DNA of 64,000 nt from an uncultured Chroococcidiopsis sp. (lineage in GTDB: Bacteria; Cyanobacteriota; Cyanobacteriia; Cyanobacteriales; Chroococcidiopsidaceae). The stretch covers positions 1-64,000 of the forward strand of contig CAXTYC010000005.1 in assembly GCA_964248365.1 (NCBI GenBank), written 5' to 3'. Both the position numbers and the translations under genes were made by a program. Positions 9,072-20,145 of the stretch are shown here, piece after piece; position 1 is the stretch's first letter, and every line of letters begins with the position of its first letter. Under the pieces are notes generated by a model that saw only the letters and a program-made list of their open reading frames with translations, was not told where the DNA came from and ran no database searches.

Positions 9072-11078
9072 CTAAATGCTAGCTAAATTAGAACTTGTGT
9101 TGGTATGAGCTTGCATTCCACTGAGCGAGGACAAAGAATCATTATTGTTGATGATACTGTTTAGGGCATTACTATCACTAGTGCCAGTACCAGAGGTGGA
9201 CATTGGCTGGTTAAGATTCCCACCACTGCTTAGTAGCTTAAGGAAATCATCAGTGATTTGGTTGTAGAAGGAGTCAATAAAAGTAGTGGTTAGAACATTT
9301 CCATCGCTATTTTGTAACTCCTTTAAACCACCGTTAAGCAATTCATCAACCTGATGACTAAGTTCATCACTAATTTCACAGCGATCTACAACTATTGCCC
9401 AGTCATTATTACCAATAACTAGGCTGTTGTTTCCACTAAAAATTTTGCCATTACTAGCGGGACTACCGATAACTATATTGTTATTACCTTCAATCCAATT
9501 GCCATTACCAAGGGTTTGATTATTTTTACCTAAATACCAGTTGCCATTGCCAACGGTTGCGTTGTCTTCCCCAAAATTCCAGTTGCCATTGCCAATGGTT
9601 GCGTTGTCAGTACCATATTGCCAATTACCATTGCCAATAGTTACATTGTCATCACTAAAGTACCAGTTACCATTACCAAAGGTTTTGTTATCACTAGCAA
9701 AGTACCAGTTGCCATTACCAATTGATTCATTATCAGTAGCATTAAATTTGCTGTCTTCACTACTGGCTATATGGCTAATACTAGCGAACCAGTTTGGATT
9801 GTCGAAGGGTAAGGGTAAGCCATTGAAGGTGAAGTTGCTATTGTCACTACTATCACATGAGTTACTACCAAAAAATTCAGCCAAGGGGTTGTTGGTAAAT
9901 GTGAAACCAGCTTCTTGGGCTTGCGCCATCACATTTGCACTTTGGTTATCATCTCCACTGACTGGATGAGCGCTGCTATCTGTCGTAGTATCAGGAGCGA
10001 TCGCATGATCGCCGCTATTTGCCCCAGTATTATTACTATCAGATGGTTTGCTAACGCCAAGGATTGTGAGCAATTTATTGAACGGGTTGTTCGGATCTTG
10101 GAAGTTGCTCTCGTCAAGCCCTGTAAAGTCCCAAGTGTAGACACCATTGGAGGAACTCTCACCACCCGTAATCGAGTTAGTACCATCTGTTGAGGTATTG
10201 CCACCACCCGTAAATGGGTTGTTGCCACCATCAATGCCACCGAAAACTTGAGCGAAGCTAGTAATCCCGACTTCGCTCAAGGAACCCCAAGGTGACTGAG
10301 CAAACAGTTTGTCCAAGTCGCTATTACCTGAAGTCTGTTCATTGCCTTGGCTATTACCGTCACCTGCAAACGGGTTGCCGCCACCTGCAAACAAGTTACC
10401 ACCGCCTGCAAACGGGTTGCTAGCACTAGGGGATGTGTTGCTATCCCCCGTTGTGTTACCACTGCTTGCAAACGGATTAGCAACACCTGCAAATGGGTTG
10501 CTAGCACCACCAGATGTATTGCTACTAGGGGATGTGTTATTTGATGTGTTAATAGCACTTGCTAACTGATTGCTATTACCTACAAACTGATTACCATTAC
10601 CAATCGATCTGTTGTTACCAACCGATGTGTTACCACTGTTTGCAAATGGAATGCCACTGCCTGCAAACGGGTTGCTAGCACCAGCAAACGGATTACTAGC
10701 ACCTGATGTGTTACCGTCACCCGATGTGTCAGTGCCACTTGTGGTGTTGTCACCACCCGATGTGTTACCACCACCTGCAAATGGATTTGAGCCACCTGCA
10801 AACGGGTTGCCACCAGAAAAATTCCCGCCACCAGCGAACAAATTGGAGATATCACCAGAGGGCGAGTCACCACTAGCAGCATTGCCCCCAGCTGGAGATT
10901 CTCCACTACCGCCACCACTTAAGATAGAAGCAAGCTCATCTTCGCTTAGGAATTGGAGTAAAGGACCAAAGGGCGATTCCTTCAGTAGGCTGCTGGTATT
11001 TTCAGAAGCATTGCTATCAGAAGAGTTGCTGTTGCTATTCTCAGAAGAGTTAAGAGTATCTAAATTAGAGGTTTCCAT
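9072..11078 (-). CDS. Large Gly/Asn/Ser-rich acidic repeat protein (NPFAG repeats and 14-aa GNGNW repeats), putative T1SS substrate
   Basis: 668-aa ORF with ATG and upstream AGGA, no signal peptide, many NPFAG(G) units and 6.5 tandem 14-aa repeats. Confidence 0.82.
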   Translation of the reverse strand: METSNLDTLNSSENSNSNSSDSNASENTSSLLKESPFGPLLQFLSEDELASILSGGGSGESPAGGNAASGDSPSGDISNLFAGGGNFSGGNPFAGGSNPFAGGGNTSGGDNTTSGTDTSGDGNTSGASNPFAGASNPFAGSGIPFANSGNTSVGNNRSIGNGNQFVGNSNQLASAINTSNNTSPSSNTSGGASNPFAGVANPFASSGNTTGDSNTSPSASNPFAGGGNLFAGGGNPFAGDGNSQGNEQTSGNSDLDKLFAQSPWGSLSEVGITSFAQVFGGIDGGNNPFTGGGNTSTDGTNSITGGESSSNGVYTWDFTGLDESNFQDPNNPFNKLLTILGVSKPSDSNNTGANSGDHAIAPDTTTDSSAHPVSGDDNQSANVMAQAQEAGFTFTNNPLAEFFGSNSCDSSDNSNFTFNGLPLPFDNPNWFASISHIASSEDSKFNATDNESIGNGNWYFASDNKTFGNGNWYFSDDNVTIGNGNWQYGTDNATIGNGNWNFGEDNATVGNGNWYLGKNNQTLGNGNWIEGNNNIVIGSPASNGKIFSGNNSLVIGNNDWAIVVDRCEISDELSHQVDELLNGGLKELQNSDGNVLTTTFIDSFYNQITDDFLKLLSSGGNLNQPMSTSGTGTSDSNALNSIINNNDSLSSLSGMQAHTNTSSNLASI

Positions 11079-11515
11079 CAGAAATAATTTTCCTATTGCT
11101 ATTACAGAAATTTACTAGAAACATTAAAACTACTGATTTACGTTAGCTTTTTTGTGTTCACAATTACTTATGTATGATCCTATAAATATTGTGAATTTAA
11201 AACTAAAAAAGCTACCACGAGTTGTTAATATCCATGTTGAATTGTACTTGGCTTGAAGTTATTATAGAAACAAACTAAGCACATAATTACTATCAAAACA
11301 AGTCGAGCCAATTTGGAAGCGTCCAATTCAAAGCAGGCAATTATCTACCTGATGTCTGAAAGGCAAAGGCTTGTACGCTTTTAATTCCCAGATCCCCTTG
11401 CCTTGCAATTTGTTTTAGTCATCCATAATCAACAATACCTGTAAAAATTTGCTAGCTAAATCAAGTTAATTTCTATATAACCCCTTGGACACGTGTAGCA
11501 ATTGCTACATCTAAC

Positions 11516-11584
11516 AAGTTAAAATACTTATGGTTCATTGCACATGAATAATCTTTCGATTAATTTGTCAATTTTTTTGATCTT
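11516..11584 (-). promoter_or_regulatory. Shared regulatory motif copy B plus -10 box (TAACTT)
   Basis: + strand 11544 ATGAATAATCTTTCGATTAATTTGTCAATTTTTTTGATCTT. The -10 box is at 11516-11521. Confidence 0.7.
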
Positions 11585-11686
11585 GATTAGACAAAGCAAA
11601 GTAGTAGCCAATTTATGCTTATGGCTGTAGCCCGAGATATATCGTTGTGTGTGGTTGCTTAGAGCTTAATGACCTTGATGGAAATA

Positions 11687-11790
11687 AAAAAATTGGGCAA
11701 ACCTTAATTACCGCGCCCCTCGTTTGAAACGATGGGGGTTCGCTTCCAAGGATCTGGAAGACCCCTGTGTAAAGGTTTGCCCAATTTTTT
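11687..11790. repeat. 19-bp perfect inverted repeat, possible terminator downstream of trpD
   Basis: AAAAAATTGGGCAAACCTT (11687-11705) pairs with AAGGTTTGCCCAATTTTTT (11772-11790). The loop contains small GC-rich hairpins. Confidence 0.6.
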
Positions 11791-11874
11791 AGAAAGGAGG
11801 CTCGCCAAAGGAGCGAACCTCCAAGCCAAGGCTAGTAAGCTAGCGCCTGGAAGCGAGAAATGCCCAATTACAAA

Positions 11875-12876
11875 TTATCTAGCCACTTTCTCGGCAGCCA
11901 TCACGAACTTACGGAAATTCCGAAAGAATGTTTCGACAGTGCCTTCTGCCAATGCAGTACGGACAGTACTAATTGCTTGCTCCAAACTGTAGTTTGTTTC
12001 TACTAATGATAATGCAAATGCTGCGTTTAAAGTTACTAGATCAACAAGAGACTTTCGACCCTGTCCGCCCAATATGGCTAAAAATTCAACGGCATTATCT
12101 GTAGCATTTCCTCCAGAGATATCTGATGGTTGCACGGTCTTCATGCCAAAATCTTCGGGTACTATTTGCTTTGTACTGATGTTAGATTCTTTTACCTCTA
12201 TTAGTTGGGTTGAACCTGCTAAAGTAATTTCATCAAGTCCATCAGAGCCAGTTACTACCAACGCTGTAGCTCCCAGTTCGGACAAAGTTTCAGCGATGAT
12301 TTGAGCAACCTTGCGATCGCCACAACCGATCATCTGATATGCTGGTTGACTGGGATTGAGTAAGGGTCCTAATAAATTAAAGACGGTAGGAGAACCTACC
12401 TCAGCTCGTGCAGAGGCAAGAATACCAAAACTAGGATGCCAATCACGAGCAAACAGAAAAGTTAGCCCAGTGGTGTCTAGACTTTCTATTGAACGTGCTG
12501 TGAGTGCAGGCAGGGACATACCCAGCACTTCTAATAAATCGCAAGACCCATTCGGCTTGACAGAACCTCGGTTGCCATGCTTAGCAACTCGAACGCCAAG
12601 TGCCGCCGCAATAAATGCTACCGTTGTAGAAACGTTGTAGCGTGGTCTACGAACTCCGCCAGTGCCAACTATATCTAAATCAACATCACCAAAATTTGCT
12701 TGTCGCCTTCTGTCCCAGAGGACATCGCGGTATCCTAGTAGCTCTTCGGGTCGGGCATCAGTTATAGGTCGAGCCTGAAGGAAGTTGACAATTTCATTAA
12801 ATTCAGCTTTGCCCGACAAGAGGTACTCCATAACCTCACGAGCCTGAAGGCGGGTACGCGGGATTGATAGTTTCAT
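11875..12876 (-). CDS. trpD: Anthranilate phosphoribosyltransferase (divergent)
   Basis: DIVGTGG, NVST, AKHGNR, PTVFNLLGPLLNP and DGLDE motifs, in trp gene context. Confidence 0.88.
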   Translation of the reverse strand: MKLSIPRTRLQAREVMEYLLSGKAEFNEIVNFLQARPITDARPEELLGYRDVLWDRRRQANFGDVDLDIVGTGGVRRPRYNVSTTVAFIAAALGVRVAKHGNRGSVKPNGSCDLLEVLGMSLPALTARSIESLDTTGLTFLFARDWHPSFGILASARAEVGSPTVFNLLGPLLNPSQPAYQMIGCGDRKVAQIIAETLSELGATALVVTGSDGLDEITLAGSTQLIEVKESNISTKQIVPEDFGMKTVQPSDISGGNATDNAVEFLAILGGQGRKSLVDLVTLNAAFALSLVETNYSLEQAISTVRTALAEGTVETFFRNFRKFVMAAEKVAR

Positions 12877-12931
12877 GACAGATTAGGTTTTCCTTGGGTT
12901 AATCAGAAATCTCGCACCAGAAGGGACACAA

Positions 12932-13111
12932 TAGACCTCTTGCACTCGTCTTTTTTTTTGTTGCTCGCAAAGACACGAAGTGGAGCCTCTCCGTTCCCCG
13001 AACTCTTTGCCGACGGCTAGGGTAGACGCATTCGCGCAGCGGGGTTTGCAGGCTAGCCGCGATCATTCGGACGCAAAAAGGAGCCTTGCGCTCCTTATGC
13101 TAAGAAGTCTA
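12932..13111. mobile_element. MITE-like element with nested small dispersed repeats
   Basis: Imperfect terminal inverted repeats TAGACCTCTTGCA / TGCTAAGAAGTCTA, with GC-rich mini-hairpins inside and no ORF. Confidence 0.55.
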
Positions 13112-13315
13112 ATGGGGAAGTTAGAAGTTTAGAATAAGCTCCTGGCGAGTAGGAATTAGACATAATAGGCGAATTTGTCTAACTCCTAAATTCTTCTGGC
13201 TCATTTTTCTACCTAGAAGATATGAACAGGTCTATTAGGAGTAGATACCACTACTCCTCTTGGTTCGCTATTGAGGGGCATATAGCATATCTAGCCCCTA
13301 CAATTGCTCTTGCTT

Positions 13316-14560
13316 TTAGCTACCAATTCCTAAATTGGCAACGGTATGCACATCTTTATCACCACGCCCAGAGCAGTTGATGACAATGCGTTGATTGGCA
13401 TCTAGCTGCGGACAGAGAGTGTCTAAATAGGCGATCGCATGAGAAGTTTCTAGAGCTGGAATAATCCCCTCTAGTTTGGCGAGGCGATGAAATGCTTCTA
13501 ATGCCTGCTGATCTGTGACGCTATAGTAGTCAGCGCGACCCAAGTCTTTCAAATAACTATGCTCAGGACCTACACCAGGGTAATCTAGTCCAGCGCTAAT
13601 AGAATGCGCCTCGATCACCTGACCATCTTCATCCTGTAGCAAGTAGCTCATTGCTCCATGCAATACACCAACTCGCCCCTGTGTCAAGGTTGCCGCGTGT
13701 TTATCAGTATCTACTCCAGCTCCAGCTGCTTCGACACCAATCAACCGCACGGTTTGTTCATCAACAAACTCATGGAAGATGCCGATCGCATTGGAACCGC
13801 CACCGACACAAGCTAGGATAATATCTGGCATACCGCCCCATTTTTCCAGACACTGAGCGCGGGTTTCTGTACCAATCACGGCATGAAAGTCACGCACGAT
13901 CAATGGGTATGGATGGGGTCCTGCAACGGAACCTAATATATAGTGGGTTGTTTCTACATTAGTTACCCAATCCCGAATTGCTTCACTCGTCGCATCCTTG
14001 AGCGTGCCTGTTCCTGCTTCGACTGGCCGCACTTCTGCTCCCATCAGCCGCATCCGAAACACGTTCAGCGCTTGGCGTTGCATATCATGGACACCCATGT
14101 AAATCACGCAGTTCAAACCAAAACGAGCGCAAACAGTTGCTGTGGCAACTCCGTGCTGACCTGCTCCTGTTTCGGCAATAATCCGCTGTTTGCCCATGCG
14201 TTTAGCTAGCAACACCTGAGCTAAAGCATTATTAATTTTGTGCGCCCCTGTATGGTTTAAATCCTCACGCTTGAGGTAGATTTGTGGTCCTGTACCATCA
14301 GGTCTAGCATAGTGAGCAGTAAGACGCTCAGCAAAGTATAAGGGACTGGGGCGACCCACATAATCCCGCATCAAGCCTTGTAGTTCTGATTGGAAGCTTG
14401 GATCGTTGCGATACTGGTCATAAGCTATTTCTAGCTCACTTAATGCAGGCATTAAGGTTTCAGGAACATACTTACCGCCGAAACGTCCAAATCGACCGAG
14501 ATTATCAGGTCGTATGCGGGCAGCTGAGATTGTATCATTGATATCTGGTGTGCTTACCAT
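13316..14560 (-). CDS. trpB: Tryptophan synthase beta chain
   Basis: [15 protein letters not shown] (PLP lysine), [15 protein letters not shown] and [13 protein letters not shown] motifs. Confidence 0.98.
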   Translation of the reverse strand: MVSTPDINDTISAARIRPDNLGRFGRFGGKYVPETLMPALSELEIAYDQYRNDPSFQSELQGLMRDYVGRPSPLYFAERLTAHYARPDGTGPQIYLKREDLNHTGAHKINNALAQVLLAKRMGKQRIIAETGAGQHGVATATVCARFGLNCVIYMGVHDMQRQALNVFRMRLMGAEVRPVEAGTGTLKDATSEAIRDWVTNVETTHYILGSVAGPHPYPLIVRDFHAVIGTETRAQCLEKWGGMPDIILACVGGGSNAIGIFHEFVDEQTVRLIGVEAAGAGVDTDKHAATLTQGRVGVLHGAMSYLLQDEDGQVIEAHSISAGLDYPGVGPEHSYLKDLGRADYYSVTDQQALEAFHRLAKLEGIIPALETSHAIAYLDTLCPQLDANQRIVINCSGRGDKDVHTVANLGIGS

Positions 14561-14721
14561 TTGTCCGATTCCTCTTGTGAAATATAGATTTCTTGTTTGG
14601 GTAGCAGGGGGATCTGCGTGGGAGAGGGGGAAAAGGGGAGAAATTACCTTTTACCTTTTCTCTTTTCCCCTTTCCCTTTTACCTTTTACCTTTACCCTTT
14701 ACTCTTTTTCTAGCCCCTTAC

Positions 14722-15546
14722 TTAGCTGAGCCTACCTGCAGCAAGAGATGCAGGTGTAATTGCTGCTTTTAGTTCTCGACAAAGTTCAGCAATGGCTTGC
14801 AGTCCTTCATCTTGACTACCAGTTGCTAATTTTTTGACAAAGGCGCTGCCGACAATTACGGCATCTGCTCCCCAATCCATTGCTTGACGTGCTTGATCTG
14901 TTCCTGAGATGCCAAAGCCAATTCCAATCGGTTTGTCGGTTATGCTTCGCATCGAAGTTAGCAAATCATGCACTCGGTTTTGGAGTTCTGAGCGCATACC
15001 TGTAACGCCAGTGACACTGACTAGGTAGATAAATCCTTGCGATTGACGCGCGATCGCTTCTATCCGATCCTTAGAACTAGTAGGAGCCACTAGCAAAATC
15101 ACCTCAATTCCAAAGGTGGCAGCAGTAGAAATTAATTCTTCTGCTTCTTCCAAGGGTAAATCTGGAACCACCAACCCGCGCACCCCAACACTGGAAACTC
15201 GCGCTAAAAATTGCTTAATACCTCGATTTAAAATCGGGTTGTAGTAAGTGAATAAAACTAGAGGTGCTTTTAGGCTGGGGCTAACTTCTTCCACCATCTC
15301 TAAAACTTGTTCTAATCCTGTTCCTTTTTGCAGGGCGCGCGTTGCGGCTGCTTGAATCACAGGTCCATCTGCTAGAGGATCAGAGTAGGGTACACCCAAT
15401 TCAATGATGTCAGCACCGCTGCGATCTAAAATGCGTAAAGCTTCTTTTGTGGTTTCTAAATCTGGGTCGCCAGCTGTGATAAAAGGAATCAGAGCGCATT
15501 GTTTGCGATCGCGTAAAGACTTAAAACAATCAGAGATAGAAGTCAT
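14722..15546 (-). CDS. trpA: Tryptophan synthase alpha chain
   Basis: [17 protein letters not shown] and VSVTGVTG motifs. Confidence 0.98.
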   Translation of the reverse strand: MTSISDCFKSLRDRKQCALIPFITAGDPDLETTKEALRILDRSGADIIELGVPYSDPLADGPVIQAAATRALQKGTGLEQVLEMVEEVSPSLKAPLVLFTYYNPILNRGIKQFLARVSSVGVRGLVVPDLPLEEAEELISTAATFGIEVILLVAPTSSKDRIEAIARQSQGFIYLVSVTGVTGMRSELQNRVHDLLTSMRSITDKPIGIGFGISGTDQARQAMDWGADAVIVGSAFVKKLATGSQDEGLQAIAELCRELKAAITPASLAAGRLS

Positions 15547-15716
15547 CTTGACAATTCACCTAAAACGTGATACTAGATAATGAGTAATCGGAGCAGGGAG
15601 AGGGGGAATCAGGGGAGAGTTGGGAGAGTGGAAGAGGGGGAGAATCATTAATTACGAATTACGCGCTGTGCGTTTTACGAATTACCCTTTCACCTTTTCC
15701 CTTTCACCTTTACCAA

Positions 15717-16676
15717 TTAGCAATTAGCAACTTGTAAAACAATCTTGCCGTGTACACCTTCACCGCCTTGTTCGAGCTTTTTGTGTGCTTCTGCAACTTG
15801 ATTGAGTGGAAAGGTCATACCGACAACAGGCTTGATTTGTCCTCGTTCAATTAGCGTCGAGAGTGCTTCTAGTTTAGGACGGGGACGGTCTAAATGGACG
15901 AAGTGAACTGTAATATTTTTGCCTATAGCAGCATTTAGATCCCCCTGTACGCCAGTTACAGTTACAGCGCGACCATCCGCTTTGGTAACATTTAGACTTT
16001 TGGCTAAGACTTCACCGCTGACCGTAGAAAAAGTAACGTCAACTCCTTGACCGTTAGTTTCCTGCATGATGATATCAACAAAGTCTTCGTTGCGATAGTC
16101 GATCGCTCTGTCTGCACCCAGCGACTTCACAAGTTCAGTGTCGTAACCGCCACAGGTTGTATAAACGTATGTACCTGCTGCCTTGGCTATTTGGATGGCA
16201 AAAGAGCCTACACCGCCAGCCCCACCATGTACTAGCACAGTTTCGCCAACTTTTACATCTGCCTTGGTAATGAGTCCTGCCCATGCTGTCCCGCCTGCAA
16301 CTGGCACAGCTGCTGCTTCTAGGTGTGATATATTTGCAGGCTTTTTGGCAACAATCGCTTCATTTGCTACATGATACTCGGCATTTGCGCCGTCACCATC
16401 CAAAAGCCCTATGGCGTAATATACCTCGTCACCTACTTTAAAATCCTTCACGTCGTCAGATATAGCCTCAACAACACCTGAAACGTCGTAGCCAAGAATT
16501 GCAGGCAGTTTAATTCTAGGTCCAAATCTACCTCGACGCACTCCACAATCGGCAGGGTTGACAGAAGTTGCACAAACCTTGACTAAGATTTCATTTCTAC
16601 CTGGTGTGGGTTGATCCACCTCGCGCTCTTCAAAGACTTCTGGATCTCCGAAGCGTGCGATCGCCATAGCCTTCAT
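15717..16676 (-). CDS. Zinc-independent MDR-family NAD(P)H quinone oxidoreductase / enoyl reductase
   Basis: [25 protein letters not shown] and HGKIVL motifs. Start overlaps the trpC stop (ATGA). Confidence 0.88.
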   Translation of the reverse strand: MKAMAIARFGDPEVFEEREVDQPTPGRNEILVKVCATSVNPADCGVRRGRFGPRIKLPAILGYDVSGVVEAISDDVKDFKVGDEVYYAIGLLDGDGANAEYHVANEAIVAKKPANISHLEAAAVPVAGGTAWAGLITKADVKVGETVLVHGGAGGVGSFAIQIAKAAGTYVYTTCGGYDTELVKSLGADRAIDYRNEDFVDIIMQETNGQGVDVTFSTVSGEVLAKSLNVTKADGRAVTVTGVQGDLNAAIGKNITVHFVHLDRPRPKLEALSTLIERGQIKPVVGMTFPLNQVAEAHKKLEQGGEGVHGKIVLQVANC

Positions 16677-17539
16677 TCAGCTACCTCAGCATTCAGCAGA
16701 GTACGCACAGCCTGCTCTATATCAGGTTGTTTGACTAAAGACTCTCCTACCAAAACCGCCCTCACGCCAGCTTCAGCCACCAGGGATAAATCAGCAGATG
16801 TGTACAATCCTGATTCACTTACAAGCGTTATGCTTTGACTGGATAATTTCTCCTGGCGCTGTGCAATCAGTTTTTGGGTAATTCCTATATCAACCGTAAA
16901 ATTCTCCAAATTACGGTTATTAATTCCCACTAAGCGCACATCTTGTAAAGCTAGCACTCGGTCAAGTTCTTCCAGAGTATGCACTTCCACCAAAGCAGTC
17001 ATGCCCAAACTGTGGACAATTTGCAAAAATTCCTCAAGCTTCTGATCTGACAAAACAGCCGCAATTAGCAGGATAGCATCTGCCCCTGCTGTTCGTGCTA
17101 GATATATCTGATACGGGTCAATAACGAACTCTTTGCACAAAAGTGGTATTGACACGTTCGGGCGAATAGCACGTAGATTGTCAAAACTGCCTTGGAAGAA
17201 TTTCTGATCCGTCAGCACTGATAAACAGCTTGCACCGCCGCGCTCATATGCTTGGGCGATTTTCACCGGATCGAAGTCAGCCCGAATAACCCCTTTACTA
17301 GGTGACGCTTTTTTGACTTCTGCAATTAGGCTTGGTCGATTGGGACTTTCTTGCAAGGCTAGCAAGAAATCTTTTGCCAAAGGTGCATCTTTTACCTGTT
17401 GTTCCAGGTCAATCAAAGGTAAATCTGCCCGCATTTGAGCAACTTCTTGCTCTTTATACCACACAATTTCTTCTAGAATATGGCGTGGTTTGGCATCACG
17501 GGTAATGCTAGGACTTGGGGGATGAGGACTGATTTGCAT
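16673..17539 (-). CDS. trpC: Indole-3-glycerol phosphate synthase
   Basis: [25 protein letters not shown] and SESG motifs. Confidence 0.97.
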   Translation of the reverse strand: MQISPHPPSPSITRDAKPRHILEEIVWYKEQEVAQMRADLPLIDLEQQVKDAPLAKDFLLALQESPNRPSLIAEVKKASPSKGVIRADFDPVKIAQAYERGGASCLSVLTDQKFFQGSFDNLRAIRPNVSIPLLCKEFVIDPYQIYLARTAGADAILLIAAVLSDQKLEEFLQIVHSLGMTALVEVHTLEELDRVLALQDVRLVGINNRNLENFTVDIGITQKLIAQRQEKLSSQSITLVSESGLYTSADLSLVAEAGVRAVLVGESLVKQPDIEQAVRTLLNAEVAE

Positions 17540-17747
17540 ACTTGGGGCGCTTGGGCTTATGGTAATCGATGAGCGGGAACGTGGTAGTTGGTAGACGTAG
17601 CACTGCTACGTCTTTCCTGGTAATTGGTAGTTGGAAGCTTGGTAGTTGGGAGCTTGGTATTTCCCCTACTCCCTCTGTTACCTTGTTCTGATCGGAGGAA
17701 ACCACATCTCAGACTCCGCGCTACTCCCTACTCCCTTCTTCCATTAC

Positions 17748-19958
17748 CTATTTAGCAAACAAAGACTGTTTTGAGGAGTCTTTAGATTTAGCATAATTAC
17801 CGACCACGTTCTGGATCATTTTCAGACCTACTTCACCAGCTAAGGTCATGATTGATTCTGGGTGGAACTGAACGGCGGCAATTGGCAGTGTTTTATGCTC
17901 GATGCCCATAATTACATCATCGTGGGAAATAGCTGTCACCTTCAGATCTTGCGGCATTCGGTCGGGCAAAGCAAACAATGAGTGATATCTACCCACTTCT
18001 AAGGATTGCGGTAAGTCTTTGAATGTTACCGAATCAGGATCTGTGACAAAAATCCGAGATGTCTTACCGTGCTGGGGATAATTGAGAACTCCAAGTTCAC
18101 CCCCAAAAGCTTCAACAATTCCTTGCAATCCTAAACAAACTCCGAAAATCGGAATTTTACGGCTTACGCAAGCGGATACTATCTCTGGTACACGGAAGTC
18201 ACTCGGTCTACCAGGACCTGGAGATAAGACTACTAGGTCTGGTTGTTCGGTATCAAAAACATCTTCGGGGAAACCATGACGCAGTGTTGTGACGATCGCC
18301 CCTGTCTGACGGATGTAGTTTGCCAGAGTGTGAACAAATGAGTCTTCATGGTCAATTAGTAACACTCGCTTGCCTCGTGCAGAAGGAGCGATCGCCTGTA
18401 AAATTTCTGAATCCCTTGACAAATTCGCCTGATTCTGCTTTTGACTGCGGTGAATTGTCTCAAACAGAGCGGCGGCTTTGGTGTGAGTTTCTTGTTCTTC
18501 TGCTTCTGGAACGGAGTCATAAAGGACTGTAGCACCAACTCGCACTTCGGCGATCGCGTTTTGCAAGCGTATAGTCCGCAAAATCAAACCAGTATTCAGG
18601 CTACCGTTGAAGTTTAACCAGCCAACCGCTCCACCATACCAACGCCGCGCACTGCGCTCATGCTGTTCAATAAACTGCATAGCCGCCCGTTTTGGTGCGC
18701 CTGTCACTGTTACTGCCCAAGTATGGGTAAGAAATGCATCCAAGGCATCAAACTCAGGACGCAGTATTCCTTCAACATGATCTACTGTATGAATTAGGTG
18801 ACTATACGCCTCAATTTGGCGACGACCAATTACTCTTACCGATCCAGGTTCACAGATGCGCGATTTGTCGTTGCGATCGACATCTGTACACATCGTCAGT
18901 TCAGATTCATCTTTGCGAGAATTGAGCAGCTGACGAATTTGATCTGCATCTTCGATCGCATCCTGTCCCCGCCCAATTGTTCCACTAATCGGGCAAGTTT
19001 CAACACGCCTACCTTCGACACGTACAAACATCTCTGGAGATGCACCAATCAGATACTCTCCACCTAAATTAAAAATGAATCCATAGGGGCTAGGATTGAG
19101 TTGCTGTAGCGTTTGAAACAGCTTGCTGGGCGCTTCGATACACGCTTCAAAAAAAGTTTGACTAGGAACAACCTCAAATAAATCGCCTCGGCGAAAATAA
19201 TTAAGTGCTTCCTTTACTCCTTGGGCATATTCGCCCCGCTCATGATCGGAATTTTGAGTAGGAGTACAACGCTTACCCTGATACTCAATGAATTCATTGG
19301 TACGCGGTAAACCTACTGTGCTTCCATGCTCTGTCTCAAATTCATACTGGTAACGAAAAGCCGATTGCTGATAGTAGTCAACAATCACCAGTTCATCAGG
19401 CAAATATAATACTAAATCCCGCTGATCTGTGGGACGAGAGCGAAACTTTGGCATTGACTCAAACTGAAATACCAAGTCGTAGCCAAACGCACCGTACAAA
19501 CCTAGGTGTTCGTCTTCGGTGCTGTAGAAGGTATGTAGAAGCTCACGCACGACAGTGAAAACAGACGGTTGCTTGCTTCGCTCTTCCTCTGAATATAATC
19601 TTTCTGCTGACTTGACCCTACCAGTTATAAAACTTTTTTCTACCCTAAGTTCCTCAAGCTGCGATTGTTCAGAAAGACGTGCTGCTAAATACGGTAGTAG
19701 TACTTCGCCTCGCTCGTTAAGTGCAGTAAGCGTGAAAGAATTTTCCCTGGTGGCTAGTTCCAATGGCGGATTAATAAAGCCAATCGCCCATCTTTTGTAT
19801 CTTCCAGGGTATTCGTAGCTACTAGTGAGCAAACCTCCTCGTTGGGAATTAAGGCACAGTAAAATTTCTTCCAGCGCGGTGTCCATTGATGCTTCAAAGA
19901 TGGAGCGAGATACATGAATACCGCTATTGGTTGTGTAACTGTGGGATTCTAGATTCAT
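17748..19958 (-). CDS. trpE: Fused anthranilate synthase TrpE(G)
   Basis: Chorismate-binding domain (ASPEMF, PISGT, GAPKRAAM) plus a glutamine amidotransferase domain (SPGPG, GVCLG, QFHPES). Confidence 0.96.
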   Translation of the reverse strand: MNLESHSYTTNSGIHVSRSIFEASMDTALEEILLCLNSQRGGLLTSSYEYPGRYKRWAIGFINPPLELATRENSFTLTALNERGEVLLPYLAARLSEQSQLEELRVEKSFITGRVKSAERLYSEEERSKQPSVFTVVRELLHTFYSTEDEHLGLYGAFGYDLVFQFESMPKFRSRPTDQRDLVLYLPDELVIVDYYQQSAFRYQYEFETEHGSTVGLPRTNEFIEYQGKRCTPTQNSDHERGEYAQGVKEALNYFRRGDLFEVVPSQTFFEACIEAPSKLFQTLQQLNPSPYGFIFNLGGEYLIGASPEMFVRVEGRRVETCPISGTIGRGQDAIEDADQIRQLLNSRKDESELTMCTDVDRNDKSRICEPGSVRVIGRRQIEAYSHLIHTVDHVEGILRPEFDALDAFLTHTWAVTVTGAPKRAAMQFIEQHERSARRWYGGAVGWLNFNGSLNTGLILRTIRLQNAIAEVRVGATVLYDSVPEAEEQETHTKAAALFETIHRSQKQNQANLSRDSEILQAIAPSARGKRVLLIDHEDSFVHTLANYIRQTGAIVTTLRHGFPEDVFDTEQPDLVVLSPGPGRPSDFRVPEIVSACVSRKIPIFGVCLGLQGIVEAFGGELGVLNYPQHGKTSRIFVTDPDSVTFKDLPQSLEVGRYHSLFALPDRMPQDLKVTAISHDDVIMGIEHKTLPIAAVQFHPESIMTLAGEVGLKMIQNVVGNYAKSKDSSKQSLFAK

Positions 19959-20145
19959 AACGAAGGATGAAGTATAAAGGCTAAAGGATAAAGGGTGAAG
20001 GATAAAAATTAGGGTAGGGGTAGGGGTAATTCCTGGTTCGTAGTTATTTATACTCTATATAGCTATATATCGCGTTTGTACCACTACTCGTAGTTCATCC
20101 TTCACACTTCACAAGTTGTGTATTTGATCAATGCACTCTTAAAAA

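Noticed and set aside
10060..10830. NPF motifs as eukaryotic EH-domain ligands (host mimicry)
   Set aside because: There is no evidence of a host-targeting system. The motifs are better explained as structural repeats.
9541..11118. Several overlapping ORFs on both strands
   Set aside because: They are shadows of the repetitive 668-aa gene.
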